DNA from: Minisyncoccota bacterium
GTDB lineage: Bacteria; Patescibacteriota; Minisyncoccia; Phycocordibacterales; GCA-2747955
Assembly (NCBI GenBank): GCA_020628915.1
Contig: JAHDEI010000003.1
Coordinates: 1,859 to 65,858 of the forward strand
DNA: 64,000 nt
Direction of reading: 5' to 3'
The notes under the pieces were generated by a model. The model had not been told where the DNA came from. It was given only the letters and a program-made list of their open reading frames with translations, and did not search any database. The position numbers were made by a program, and so were the translations under genes. This document shows, piece after piece, positions 44,662 through 53,845 of this stretch. Within the stretch, counting starts at the first letter, position 1, and each line of letters begins with the position of its first letter.

Positions 44662-47082
44662 TTGTATATGAAACAAGGAACATTGAAAAACTGGCCACCT
44701 CAAAATACTTCTTCAGATGAATCTGAAGACAAGAAATCTCTTTTTGAGGGTGTAGTTGATGTGGTTAAGAACGCGCCAAGTATCCTCAAGACTGTTGGTA
44801 AAGAGTATGCAAAAACAGCAATTGGGTTAAATGCGTATCGTGGGTGGAAACAGTATGCAAAATCGCGTACTGCTTTTAACCGTAGTGAAGATGTTTTGGC
44901 GGAGCTACTTGAGAGCAGAAAGTCTTTTTTAGAAAAAACGGCTGACAATATCGATATGTCTGGTACAGAATCTTATCTTTCGAGTAAAGATGATTTTCGC
45001 TCAAAGCTTGCAGAGCTGCGCGAATTAAACAAATCTTTAGATAAAGAAAAATACGCAGATCAACGATCACGTATCGCATCTGTTTTGGCTGAATATAGAT
45101 CGCATAAAGAATCAGTACGAAATGATGTAGCTGAACGCCTATCTGACGAAAAAAGAAAAGACGCATTAGAAGCAGGGCGTCAGACTGCTTCGTTTGGCTT
45201 GTCTGCTGCTGTACTAACAGGATTTGGTGGTGCTGGAACAATAGCAGCGGGCCTCGGTTCACGTGCGGGATTTGATGGACTCATTAGACAAACAAAACTA
45301 GCGATGGAAAAAGGAGATACAGGCTGGAAAAATGTATTTATCGGGGGTGTGCAAGAGACGTTCAAGGCGGCTAAAGAGGGAGATACAACAGCAATCGCAA
45401 GAATCGCTGGGTATGGTATTTCCGGAACCATGCTTGCTGATGCGGCTGGGTTGGATGGTGCAATCAGAGAAAGTGTGGTCAAAGGCGTCTCAGGTGTTCT
45501 TGGTGGGGCTGCAGACGTCATCACTCCTTCTGCTCATGCAGCCAGCCCAGAAGATTTTATGCCAGGGCAGCACACAAAACAATTTGAAACAAGTACGAGC
45601 GGAGATCCAATTGCGTCAGTGCCTGACGCAGAGGTTGCACAAGCAACGAAGGGTCCAGCACCTGAGGTGGCACCAGATGCAGCTCCATCTGCTAGACCAG
45701 AAAATACTCCATTCTCTACTGATCTAGCCGGGTATCAAGACCCTCTTGAATCAAGACTAGATAACGGATATGTTCCTGAGTCGGAGACTCCAGAATCAGC
45801 TGACGCTGCTGCAGAAATCTCATCAGAAGACGCGGCTCAGATAGAGCAATTAGCAAAACTCGACGATATCTCAGTTGAGATTCCTAAGGGCGAGGGAGGT
45901 GTCATGCTTGTAAAGATGTTGCGAGCAGATTTAGCCGAAGCATATGGATTTGAACTAGGCGATGACATGCAGGTTCCAGACGACGCCCCAGATGTTGTTA
46001 AAGAACTATTTAAAGACGACCTTCTAAAAACAGCAGAAAAGCTTGGTTTTTATGATCCATCAGGCATGGGCAATGACGGAGCTGAGAGTTTTATGTTTAA
46101 TGAAAAAGCAACTCTTTCTTTCCAAGAAGGGCAATTAAAATTGGTAAACCCAGACGATGGAGACTATTTGCTAACAAGACCTGGCGAGGACGGAGAAGTT
46201 GTGTTTGAAAAAGACGACCTAAAGGCTCGAATGTTTGATTACGAGAGAAATCTTAAGGTACCAGATGTCGATCCCGTAATTAGTGAAGGGAGGGTGGTTT
46301 CGAGCGAAGGAGTTCTTGTGGACTCAGGATTGAGTACAAGAGACGTTTTTGAAGCTCCAGCCTATGGTTCTTCTAGGTATGCACCTGGCACGTATTATGT
46401 CGACGGAGACACGGGACAAGAATTTTTGTATGCAGACAAAGGAGGTCCATCTGGGAACCTGTATAGTCCGGAATTCCAATCTAGTCCAGCAAGTAATCCG
46501 TCTCCACTTGAGCAAACTAGCGGCAATACAAGTGCACAAGAATATATAAAACCAAACCCAACACAATCAGCTATCCCTGAGCAACCTCAGACCGTGAGAC
46601 AACAAGTTATCCAAGGTGCCATTGAGGGCTCACGCGACAATTTTAATGAAGGCATTAATACCATTCGAGATGCGGGAGAAAGGGTTATTGAAGAAGGTAA
46701 AACGTTGTTTGATAGGTATGACGTACCTGATCGCATGCGTGGCGCTGCAGAATACATTCAGAATCACACGACAGATAGGAACTTCGTGATGTTTGATGAG
46801 ACTCAGTTGCCAAAAGAGCATTTTGGAAACGTGGAGAAGGTTATCAATAATCAGACCCAATATTTGAAATTTACTACCTCCGACGGTTCTCGAATTGGGC
46901 TGACCTCGTTTGTTGACCCAACTGGTCGACCAGGGTTTGATGTATTTGAATTTCCTTCTACATACAGTCAGCAAGATATCGCTGAAAAAGGACCATTAAA
47001 ATTAGGTGAATTTTTTGATTCAGATCCAAAGATCGGACTCTATTCAGCACTTGATACAGTAGCCTTAAGACTAGGAAGATAA
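44662..47082 (+). CDS. Large hypothetical protein (806 aa) with a Gly-zipper-like hydrophobic segment.
   Basis: Long ORF. Segment GLSAAVLTGFGGAGTIAAGLGSRAGFDGL and later GYGISGTMLADAAGLDGAI. Acidic and Pro-rich middle region. Confidence 0.5.
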   Translation: MYMKQGTLKNWPPQNTSSDESEDKKSLFEGVVDVVKNAPSILKTVGKEYAKTAIGLNAYRGWKQYAKSRTAFNRSEDVLAELLESRKSFLEKTADNIDMSGTESYLSSKDDFRSKLAELRELNKSLDKEKYADQRSRIASVLAEYRSHKESVRNDVAERLSDEKRKDALEAGRQTASFGLSAAVLTGFGGAGTIAAGLGSRAGFDGLIRQTKLAMEKGDTGWKNVFIGGVQETFKAAKEGDTTAIARIAGYGISGTMLADAAGLDGAIRESVVKGVSGVLGGAADVITPSAHAASPEDFMPGQHTKQFETSTSGDPIASVPDAEVAQATKGPAPEVAPDAAPSARPENTPFSTDLAGYQDPLESRLDNGYVPESETPESADAAAEISSEDAAQIEQLAKLDDISVEIPKGEGGVMLVKMLRADLAEAYGFELGDDMQVPDDAPDVVKELFKDDLLKTAEKLGFYDPSGMGNDGAESFMFNEKATLSFQEGQLKLVNPDDGDYLLTRPGEDGEVVFEKDDLKARMFDYERNLKVPDVDPVISEGRVVSSEGVLVDSGLSTRDVFEAPAYGSSRYAPGTYYVDGDTGQEFLYADKGGPSGNLYSPEFQSSPASNPSPLEQTSGNTSAQEYIKPNPTQSAIPEQPQTVRQQVIQGAIEGSRDNFNEGINTIRDAGERVIEEGKTLFDRYDVPDRMRGAAEYIQNHTTDRNFVMFDETQLPKEHFGNVEKVINNQTQYLKFTTSDGSRIGLTSFVDPTGRPGFDVFEFPSTYSQQDIAEKGPLKLGEFFDSDPKIGLYSALDTVALRLGR

Positions 47083-47164
47083 ACAAATCCTTAGACTTGA
47101 CAAGTAGTCAAATTTAGTATAGAATACTCCCATAAGTTCTTTGAGAAATTTATGGTTAAGAGTA

Positions 47165-47216
47165 CGAAATGACTGTTTTGCATAGCATGATGCTAGACAA
47201 AACAGTCATTTCGTAT
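47165..47216. repeat. Near-perfect 52-nt palindrome in the leader of the lipoprotein gene.
   Basis: cgaaatgactgttttg-catagcat-g-atgctag-acaaaacagtcatttcg. The outer 16-bp arms match perfectly. A second inverted repeat, cacacgga...tccgtgtg, follows at 47221-47252. Confidence 0.7.
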
Positions 47217-47285
47217 AAATCACACGGATATGGCGTAAACGTGTCCGTGTGACACATCAATCTTGAAAAAACAGAGGAGTTCATC

Positions 47286-47699
47286 ATGAACATCAAGAAA
47301 ACTATTATGATATTGGCAGCTGTTGGCATGACAGTTTCAACAACAGCATGCAAAACGATGGAGGGAGGCACCTATCAGGTTGCTGCTCGCCAAGCTAAGG
47401 ACGGTGCAACGGTTGCCCAGCAAGGTAGTCAAACTGTTCAGGAAGCCGACAAGGCAGAATCATCTTCTCGGCAGAATTCTCGGCAGCGATGGTTGAAAGA
47501 TGGCAAGGCACCAGCTACCGCTTCTCGCGAAGCAGCATATCTGGATATGGCCGAAGACAACTTTGACCATGCTCGTGACGCTGGGTTTGCCGCAATCATT
47601 GCGGGTAAGGCTCTGGGAATGGATGCCTTGCGCGATCTGTGCGACAAGAAAGACGATCAAATGGCATGTGCAGCCTTGGCAACTATGCAGCCAGAATAA
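47286..47699 (+). CDS. Lipoprotein, hypothetical (137 aa). Locally higher GC.
   Basis: AGAGGAG ribosome-binding site. Signal peptide with lipobox VSTTAC. A terminator-like hairpin (ggaccc-agtcaaat-gggtcc) follows at 47714-47733. Confidence 0.55.
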   Translation: MNIKKTIMILAAVGMTVSTTACKTMEGGTYQVAARQAKDGATVAQQGSQTVQEADKAESSSRQNSRQRWLKDGKAPATASREAAYLDMAEDNFDHARDAGFAAIIAGKALGMDALRDLCDKKDDQMACAALATMQPE

Positions 47700-47735
47700 C
47701 TCTTAACCAGTTTCGGACCCAGTCAAATGGGTCCG

Positions 47736-47788
47736 TTCTGTCTGAAGATGTGTATCTTCACTGATGAGTCCAAAAGGACGAAACAGAA
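47736..47788 (+). ncRNA. Type III hammerhead self-cleaving ribozyme (copy 2).
   Basis: Helix III 5-prime strand uucug (47736-47740), then U47741 and the cleavage nucleotide C47742 (GUC). Perfect 7-bp helix I ugaagau-gugu-aucuuca (47743-47760). CUGAUGA (47761-47767). Stem II gucc-aaaa-ggac (47768-47779). GAAA (47780-47783). Helix III 3-prime strand cagaa (47784-47788), fully complementary. Confidence 0.8.
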
Positions 47789-47941
47789 TGTTCTTTGAAA
47801 TCATAAACAAGTATAGAGTTTATGAATCGGCCCCCATGTACATTGATGTGTATATAGGAGCCGATTCAATGTAGTCCGATCGGCATCGCCCAATCGGGCT
47901 ACTCAAAACTTATATTTAGCTTAGAAAAGAAGGAGACGCAC

Positions 47942-49135
47942 ATGCGTATTTCAAAATTTATCACAGCATCAGTTCTTGCAACGACACTGTCAGCACAAGC
48001 CTTTGCTAACACGGTTTGGTGTGATCCAACACCAAACGCTGTTCCTGATTTGGCCGGGAAGGTACTTCCTGGCGAAGTCGAGCTTGAAATCACAGGTGTT
48101 GATGCATGGGTTACCATGTCACCAACAACGGCTGCGAATCAACGTCAAAACGGTGGTTGCACACTTCGCGCAGGCGAACGTGTTGCAGCGATCGACGCGC
48201 CAAACATGCCTGGTTTCTGGAAAGTTACCCGGGTCTTAAAGTGCGGAAACACTGTTGTTACTGACCTGTATATTCCGAAACCTCAGGTTGAGCAAACATT
48301 CACATGTGCGCCTAACCAAACCCGGATTATCGTTGATGGCCGAAAAGAGTGTGCTCGTGTTGAAGACGTTGTGGCTACGCCGCAATATACTCAACAAACG
48401 TATGCTCCAGCTCCAGCTGCTCCAGTTTACGCTCCAGCTCCAGCTCCAGTCGCACAATCGTGTCAAGGCGGTCTGTTCTCAGACTGTTACGATTCGACTG
48501 GAGACCATGAAGCTATGAGAATGGAAGTCGGAACAACCGGAACCCTTGATGGTACTATCATCTCAGGATATCGTTACCAATTCTTGGGCCAAGTTGTTCA
48601 GACAATTGGTACGGTTGCTTCTGCGGTTGTTGTCGCTAGGAAACTCGGCGGAAATAATCACAGCCACCAACCTCGTCATCACGATCGACCCGTTGATGGT
48701 GAAGACGGCCCAACATTGGGCGGTACCTCAAACGGAACGATGCCTGGTAACAACGGCGGGACACTTGGTGGTACTTCAGGTACAACCGGTAGTCAAGTTG
48801 GCGGCGGCTCTCAAATCATTGGTGGTGGTCAAACATTGCCTCCGAGCGTAGGAACAGGAACCGAGCAACGATTCGTTCTCGGCCCTAATGGCGAATATAT
48901 CTACAATAACGCCGGTCAGATTAATGCTGGCCAAGTGATTGATCCCAATCACGGTAATATTGTCGGTACAATTGCTACTTATCCAAACGGCGTGAGCTAT
49001 GGCAACAACACCGTGTCTGGTAGCTTCACAAGTGGGTCTTATACCCACACTGTGACTGCACCAGCTGGCGCGAGCTACGGAACAGGGACCGCTAGTGGAG
49101 GCTCAACAGGGCCAACACTTGGTGGATCCGATTAA
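47942..49135 (+). CDS. Secreted Gly/Thr-rich hypothetical protein (397 aa). Higher GC.
   Basis: AGAAGGAG ribosome-binding site. Signal peptide MRISKFITASVLATTLSAQAFA. Cys-containing N-terminal domain, PAPAAP linker, and a C-terminal G/T/S-rich low-complexity region. Confidence 0.55.
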   Translation: MRISKFITASVLATTLSAQAFANTVWCDPTPNAVPDLAGKVLPGEVELEITGVDAWVTMSPTTAANQRQNGGCTLRAGERVAAIDAPNMPGFWKVTRVLKCGNTVVTDLYIPKPQVEQTFTCAPNQTRIIVDGRKECARVEDVVATPQYTQQTYAPAPAAPVYAPAPAPVAQSCQGGLFSDCYDSTGDHEAMRMEVGTTGTLDGTIISGYRYQFLGQVVQTIGTVASAVVVARKLGGNNHSHQPRHHDRPVDGEDGPTLGGTSNGTMPGNNGGTLGGTSGTTGSQVGGGSQIIGGGQTLPPSVGTGTEQRFVLGPNGEYIYNNAGQINAGQVIDPNHGNIVGTIATYPNGVSYGNNTVSGSFTSGSYTHTVTAPAGASYGTGTASGGSTGPTLGGSD

Positions 49136-49194
49136 TATGTGCTGGGTGGCGTCACTGACGTCACCCACACAATTCTTGTTTATGAAGTACTTAA

Positions 49195-49220
49195 GACACC
49201 CATGAGGGTGGCTTTTTTAT
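49195..49220 (+). terminator. Rho-independent terminator.
   Basis: acaccc-atga-gggtg-gcttttttat. A second imperfect GC-rich hairpin containing TGACGTCA lies at 49144-49170. Confidence 0.65.
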
Positions 49221-49400
49221 TTCAAAACTTTTTGAAAGCCTTTATTCCTAGCCATTTTTTGCCTTTTTTCTGTGGAAAACTTTGTTTATAACTAAATTAG
49301 GAATGTTCCTTGACTTTATGTCAAATTCAGTATAAAATAGTCAAGATTTTTGTGTAGATTTTGCCGCATACAGGCTTGTTTGACAAAACCGTAAAGGTAT

Positions 49401-49428
49401 TGACATATATTATATTTCTGGTATAATG
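49401..49428 (+). promoter_or_regulatory. Strong sigma-70-like promoter of the giant surface protein gene, with additional promoter-like elements upstream.
   Basis: TTGACA at 49401-49406, a 17-nt spacer, then TATAAT at 49424-49429. Upstream there is a TTGACT-N17-TATAAA element (49310-49338) containing the short palindrome ttgac-tttat-gtcaa. Confidence 0.45.
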
Positions 49429-49485
49429 ATCTCACAATTATTGTTAATTGTATTGATTATAAATAAATTTTTAAAACAAAATTTT

Positions 49486-52389
49486 ATGAAAAGCATTATT
49501 AAATCACTAATCGTTCTTGCAGCAGGAGCATCAATGGCGTTTGCGTCTATTGCTTCAGCAGCTGCATTTAACGGTTTCGCAAATGACCTTGATGTTTTGC
49601 ACGTAACAACTACTCGTGCTTCAAACTCATCTTGGGCAAAAACTGCAACAGTGAATGACGGGGACATCGTAAGTTTCAACATTTACTACCATGTTACTTC
49701 ACAAGATGCAGCAAACGATGTAAAGGCGCGAATTACGAATCTTACATCAGGAACTGTAAATGGTTCTAAAACAGTTACAGGTACTATGTCAGCTGCAAAC
49801 GCTGCATCAGTATCAGGATCTGTTTCGATCAACACTTCAGAAGAAATGGAATTCACTTTGTACAAAGTGATGTGGCAACCAAACAAATGTAACGTTGCTA
49901 GCTGTGCACAACAAGTGCTAAATAGTCCATCTTCTGTACTATCATCTGGTGCATCAATTGGAACAATCCAAGGTGTAGCAGGACTTGATTCATCAAACAA
50001 CTTTAAATACCAAGGTAACGTAGTTGTTGAATTCAAGGCAAACGCTGTCGAAGACACACCAGTATTCGTAGCACCAACAGTAGATACTCGAACTGAATCA
50101 AACGTTACTACTACATCAGGAGTAATGAACGGATCAGTTGACCTATCTACATCAGTAGATTCAGGAATTGTGTACTTTATCTGGGGAACTTCTTCAAGCA
50201 ACCTACAATACACAACTCCTTCACAATCAGTTTCATCTGACCAAAACTTCAATCAAGCAGTTTCAGGTCTACAAGATGACACTACTTACTACTACCGAGC
50301 AGTTCTACGAGGAGATGACGGACAAACTTATACAGGTGACCTAGAATCTTTCCGAACTGACGCTGATTCAGTATTCGTGGCTCCAACCGTGGACACACGA
50401 ACAGAATCAAACGTAGATACAGATTCAGCTACTCTTAATGGATCAGTTGACCTATCTACATCAGTAGATTCAGGAATTGTGTACTTTATCTGGGGAACTT
50501 CTTCAAGCAACCTACAATACACAACTCCTTCACAATCAGTTTCATCTGACCAAAACTTCAATCAAGCAGTTTCAGGTCTACAAGATGACACTACTTACTA
50601 CTACCGAGCAGTTCTACGAGGAGATGACGGACAAACTTATACAGGTGACCTAGAATCTTTCCGAACTGACGCTGATAACCCAACTTCAAACAACGTTGAT
50701 ATCGACACAAACGCTGCATCATCAATTGATGACGACTCAGCTCGACTAAACGGTGATGTTGAGGAGGGAGATAACCAAGATGTATGGTTCGCGTTCTCAC
50801 GAACAGACTCTACACCTTCATGTTCATCTTCATCACAACGAGTTGACGTATCAGGAGTATACGATTCAAACGAAGATTTCTCTGCAATTGTACGAAATCT
50901 AATTGCGAACGAAACGTACTACTTCCGAGCTTGTACTCTTGATGAAAACGGAGAGGTACTTTCAGCGCAAATTCGACAGTTTACAACTGACGAAGAAGAC
51001 AACGGGAATAATAATGATCCTGCAGCAGAAGTTGATACTAATGCAGCAACATCAGTGGATGAAGATTCAGCACGACTTAATGGTGATCTAGAAGAAGGAG
51101 ATAATGCAACTGTATGGTTCGCAATCTCATCTGTAGACACTACACCTTCATGTTCATCTTCACTACAACGAGTATCTGTTTCTGGAGTATACGACCAAGG
51201 AGATGATTTCTCACGAATCGTAACTGGACTTTCAGAAAACACTAAATACTACTTCCGATCATGTGCATTGGGAGAAGATGGGGACACAGTATCAGGTTCA
51301 ATCCGAACATTTGTTACTGACGAGGATGATAATCCTACAAACCCACCAACATCAGTTAACCCTGACACTATTACACGATTACCTTCAGGAATTACTTCTA
51401 GCACGGCTACACTTAATTCATATGTAATCGGTAACGGAACAGGAACATGTTACTTCCAATACGGTACTTCTGCTGGATTTGGATCAGTAACTCCGGCTCA
51501 AACGGTTAACCTTGATAACACTTCAACATGTTCATCAACCCGGTTTAATCTACAGCCGAATACAACATACTACTACCGATCAGTACTAGTAGATGGAGGT
51601 CAAACTTACTACGGTCTAACACGTTCATTCCGAACAAATGCGAACGCAGTAGTTACTACTCCTTCTACTCCTACAGTTGTCACTACTCCTACACGAGTAA
51701 TCACACGAACTGTAACAGCACCTGCTGCACCGGTTGTGGACGACACAGTAACAGTACGAGTTGTTGAAGAAACTACACGAGTAGCTGACCAACCACTTGA
51801 AATTACTAAATGGGTATCTGCGGAAACTGATCCAGAATTTGTACGAGTTACAGAAGCTGATCGAGACGAAGCAGTATTCTACAAAGTACGAGTAACTAAC
51901 AATACTGACGAAGACCTTGAAGATGTTGTAGTTATCGACCGAATTCCATTTGATCTAGAATTGGATGGACAAGAATCACTTGATGATGATTCATACAAGG
52001 AAGTTCGATGGAACATCCGATCTCTAGAGGCTGGAGAATCAAAAACATTCATTACTGAAATGCGAGTACGTGATGACGTTGACTTCGGAGACCGAATCGA
52101 CTCATACGCAACAGCATTCAATGATGAATACAATGTAGATTCAAACAATGTAGTGATCGAAATTGAAGAAGAACGAGTAGCATCTGCTTCTGACGAAGAA
52201 GTTGATGGATCTCAAGCAGCTTCAATCTTCGGTGCTGGGTTCTTCCCAACGACACTACTAGGATGGTTGATTCTACTAGCGATCGTATTGGCAATTGCAT
52301 ACCTAGTTTCTCGAATTTTCTTCTCTCGAAATGAGAATGAGCGAGTTCTAGCAGAACTACGAGCAATGCAACAAGTAAATCGAGGATAG
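49486..52389 (+). CDS. Large cell-surface protein (about 968 aa). It has a signal peptide, tandem Ig/Fn3-like repeats, a DUF11-like conserved repeat domain and a C-terminal TM anchor.
   Basis: Signal peptide MKSIIKSLIVLAAGASMAFASIASAAA (ATG at 49486, in frame within track ORF 49426). Repeated modules of about 100 aa (..NGSVDLSTSVDSGIVYFIWGTSSSNLQYTTPSQS..TTYYYRAVL..SFRTD). A C-terminal DUF11-like segment (EITKWVSAETDPEFVRVTEADRDEAVFYKVRVTNNTDEDL). Terminal hydrophobic anchor LLGWLILLAIVLAIAYLV. Confidence 0.65.
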   Translation: MKSIIKSLIVLAAGASMAFASIASAAAFNGFANDLDVLHVTTTRASNSSWAKTATVNDGDIVSFNIYYHVTSQDAANDVKARITNLTSGTVNGSKTVTGTMSAANAASVSGSVSINTSEEMEFTLYKVMWQPNKCNVASCAQQVLNSPSSVLSSGASIGTIQGVAGLDSSNNFKYQGNVVVEFKANAVEDTPVFVAPTVDTRTESNVTTTSGVMNGSVDLSTSVDSGIVYFIWGTSSSNLQYTTPSQSVSSDQNFNQAVSGLQDDTTYYYRAVLRGDDGQTYTGDLESFRTDADSVFVAPTVDTRTESNVDTDSATLNGSVDLSTSVDSGIVYFIWGTSSSNLQYTTPSQSVSSDQNFNQAVSGLQDDTTYYYRAVLRGDDGQTYTGDLESFRTDADNPTSNNVDIDTNAASSIDDDSARLNGDVEEGDNQDVWFAFSRTDSTPSCSSSSQRVDVSGVYDSNEDFSAIVRNLIANETYYFRACTLDENGEVLSAQIRQFTTDEEDNGNNNDPAAEVDTNAATSVDEDSARLNGDLEEGDNATVWFAISSVDTTPSCSSSLQRVSVSGVYDQGDDFSRIVTGLSENTKYYFRSCALGEDGDTVSGSIRTFVTDEDDNPTNPPTSVNPDTITRLPSGITSSTATLNSYVIGNGTGTCYFQYGTSAGFGSVTPAQTVNLDNTSTCSSTRFNLQPNTTYYYRSVLVDGGQTYYGLTRSFRTNANAVVTTPSTPTVVTTPTRVITRTVTAPAAPVVDDTVTVRVVEETTRVADQPLEITKWVSAETDPEFVRVTEADRDEAVFYKVRVTNNTDEDLEDVVVIDRIPFDLELDGQESLDDDSYKEVRWNIRSLEAGESKTFITEMRVRDDVDFGDRIDSYATAFNDEYNVDSNNVVIEIEEERVASASDEEVDGSQAASIFGAGFFPTTLLGWLILLAIVLAIAYLVSRIFFSRNENERVLAELRAMQQVNRG
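50061..50666 (+). repeat. Tandem direct duplication (2 x about 306 bp) inside the surface-protein gene. The 3-prime 225 bp of each unit is 100% identical.
   Basis: Sequence from ggatcagttgacctatctacatcagtagattcaggaattgtgtactttatctgg ... to ttccgaactgacgctgat occurs twice (about 50135-50365 and 50441-50666). This is mirrored by two antisense track ORFs with identical N-termini. Confidence 0.8.
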
Positions 52390-52429
52390 AAATATTTATC
52401 GAATCAATACAATTGCAAAACTAAACTAG

Positions 52430-52460
52430 AAAACCGCGACGGCATAGCCGTCGCGGTTTT
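52430..52460 (+). terminator. Rho-independent terminator.
   Basis: aaaaccgcgacgg-cata-gccgtcgcggttttcgtttt. Confidence 0.8.
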
Positions 52461-52498
52461 CGTTTTGTTATAATAGACAAACTAATAAATAAACGCCT

Positions 52499-53098
52499 AT
52501 GTTAATACCAACAGTTATCGAAAAAACACACGCAGGGGAACGCGCATATGATATCTATTCGCGGCTACTCAAAGATCGAATTATTTTTTTAGGTTCTGGG
52601 GTAAATGACGATGTAGCAAATTCAGTAATTGCACAACTATTGTTTCTAGAATCAGAAGACCCAAACAAAGATATTACAATGTACATTAATTCTCCAGGAG
52701 GATCAGTGTTTTCAGGATTAGCGATCATCGACACGATGAATCATGTAAAGCCTGATGTGTCTACCGTATGTATGGGGATGGCAGCCTCTATGGGGGCAAT
52801 GCTGCTCTCAGCAGGTGCAAAAGGAAAACGATACGCGCTACCAAATGCTGAGGTAATGATTCATCAACCATTGGGTGGAGCAGAAGGTCAAGCTTCTGAT
52901 ATCGAAATTACTGCACGACACATTATCCGCATTAAGGAACAACTAACAGACATGTTGGTTGCAGCAACAGGACAATCAAAGAAGAAAATTTCAGAAGACA
53001 TGGATCGAGATTATTGGATGACAGCAGATGAGGCAAAGAAATATGGTCTCGTTGACAAAGTTATTGTCAAAAAACCAACGCCAAAGAAAAAGAAATAA
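52499..53098 (+). CDS. clpP: ATP-dependent Clp protease proteolytic subunit.
   Basis: [42 protein letters not shown]...GMAASMGA (catalytic Ser)...MIHQP (catalytic His). Confidence 0.9.
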   Translation: MLIPTVIEKTHAGERAYDIYSRLLKDRIIFLGSGVNDDVANSVIAQLLFLESEDPNKDITMYINSPGGSVFSGLAIIDTMNHVKPDVSTVCMGMAASMGAMLLSAGAKGKRYALPNAEVMIHQPLGGAEGQASDIEITARHIIRIKEQLTDMLVAATGQSKKKISEDMDRDYWMTADEAKKYGLVDKVIVKKPTPKKKK

Positions 53099-53146
53099 TG
53101 GAAGAGCTCCAGACTAATCTCTGGTTTTCTTTTTAAAAATAAACAT

Positions 53147-53845
53147 ATGAACAAAAGAATTTTAATTAAACTCTCGGGTGAGGCACTCTCTGACGGAGAA
53201 AATAAATATGCAGAAGCAGTCTTGGCTGACATTGCAGACAAGATTCAAAAATTATTAGATCAAGGCACACAAATTTGTTTGGTAGTTGGGGGAGGTAACC
53301 TGTTTCGGGGGGCTGAATTATCAGGTAACCTAGACATTAGACGTCCGACGGCTGACTATATTGGGATGCTTGCGACAGTGCAAAATGCACTAGTTGTTCG
53401 TGATTATTTTAGAGCACGTGGAGTTGATGCACGTGTGTTGTCGGCAATTTCAATGAACCAGGTATGTGAGCCATATGTTCCTGGACGAGCAATTAGACAT
53501 ATGGAAAAAGGACGCGTAGTGATCTTTGGCGGAGGGTTAGGGAATCCGTTTTTTACAACAGATTCTGCCTCAGCACAACGTGCTCTCGAAATGAGCTGTG
53601 ATTTGCTTGTTATGGCAAAGAACGGTGTAGACGGGGTTTATACTGCAGATCCGCGAACTGATGATTCAGCAGAAAAAATTGTACATATTAGTGGGTCAGA
53701 TGTTCTTGAGAAAAATCTTCGCGTCGTCGACGGCTCAGCGATCTCTGTCGCTCGAGATAATGGATTGCCAATCAGGATTATTGGTATGGATGACTTAGAG
53801 CACATTTCAGATGAGACATATGGAACAACAGTGACCCCTGAGTAA
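53147..53845 (+). CDS. pyrH: Uridylate (UMP) kinase.
   Basis: RILIKLSGEAL...VVGGGNLFRG...GNPFFTTDSAAALRA-like motifs. The protein is 232 aa. A terminator (aaaagcgtg-acccaaagggcc-acgcttttt) follows at 53856-53885. Confidence 0.9.
   Translation: MNKRILIKLSGEALSDGENKYAEAVLADIADKIQKLLDQGTQICLVVGGGNLFRGAELSGNLDIRRPTADYIGMLATVQNALVVRDYFRARGVDARVLSAISMNQVCEPYVPGRAIRHMEKGRVVIFGGGLGNPFFTTDSASAQRALEMSCDLLVMAKNGVDGVYTADPRTDDSAEKIVHISGSDVLEKNLRVVDGSAISVARDNGLPIRIIGMDDLEHISDETYGTTVTPE

Noticed and set aside
49144-49170. GC-rich hairpin containing TGACGTCA (CRE-like palindrome) after the Gly-rich protein gene.
   Set aside because: It looks like an imperfect first terminator hairpin upstream of the canonical terminator at 49195. 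There is no evidence for a specific regulatory role.
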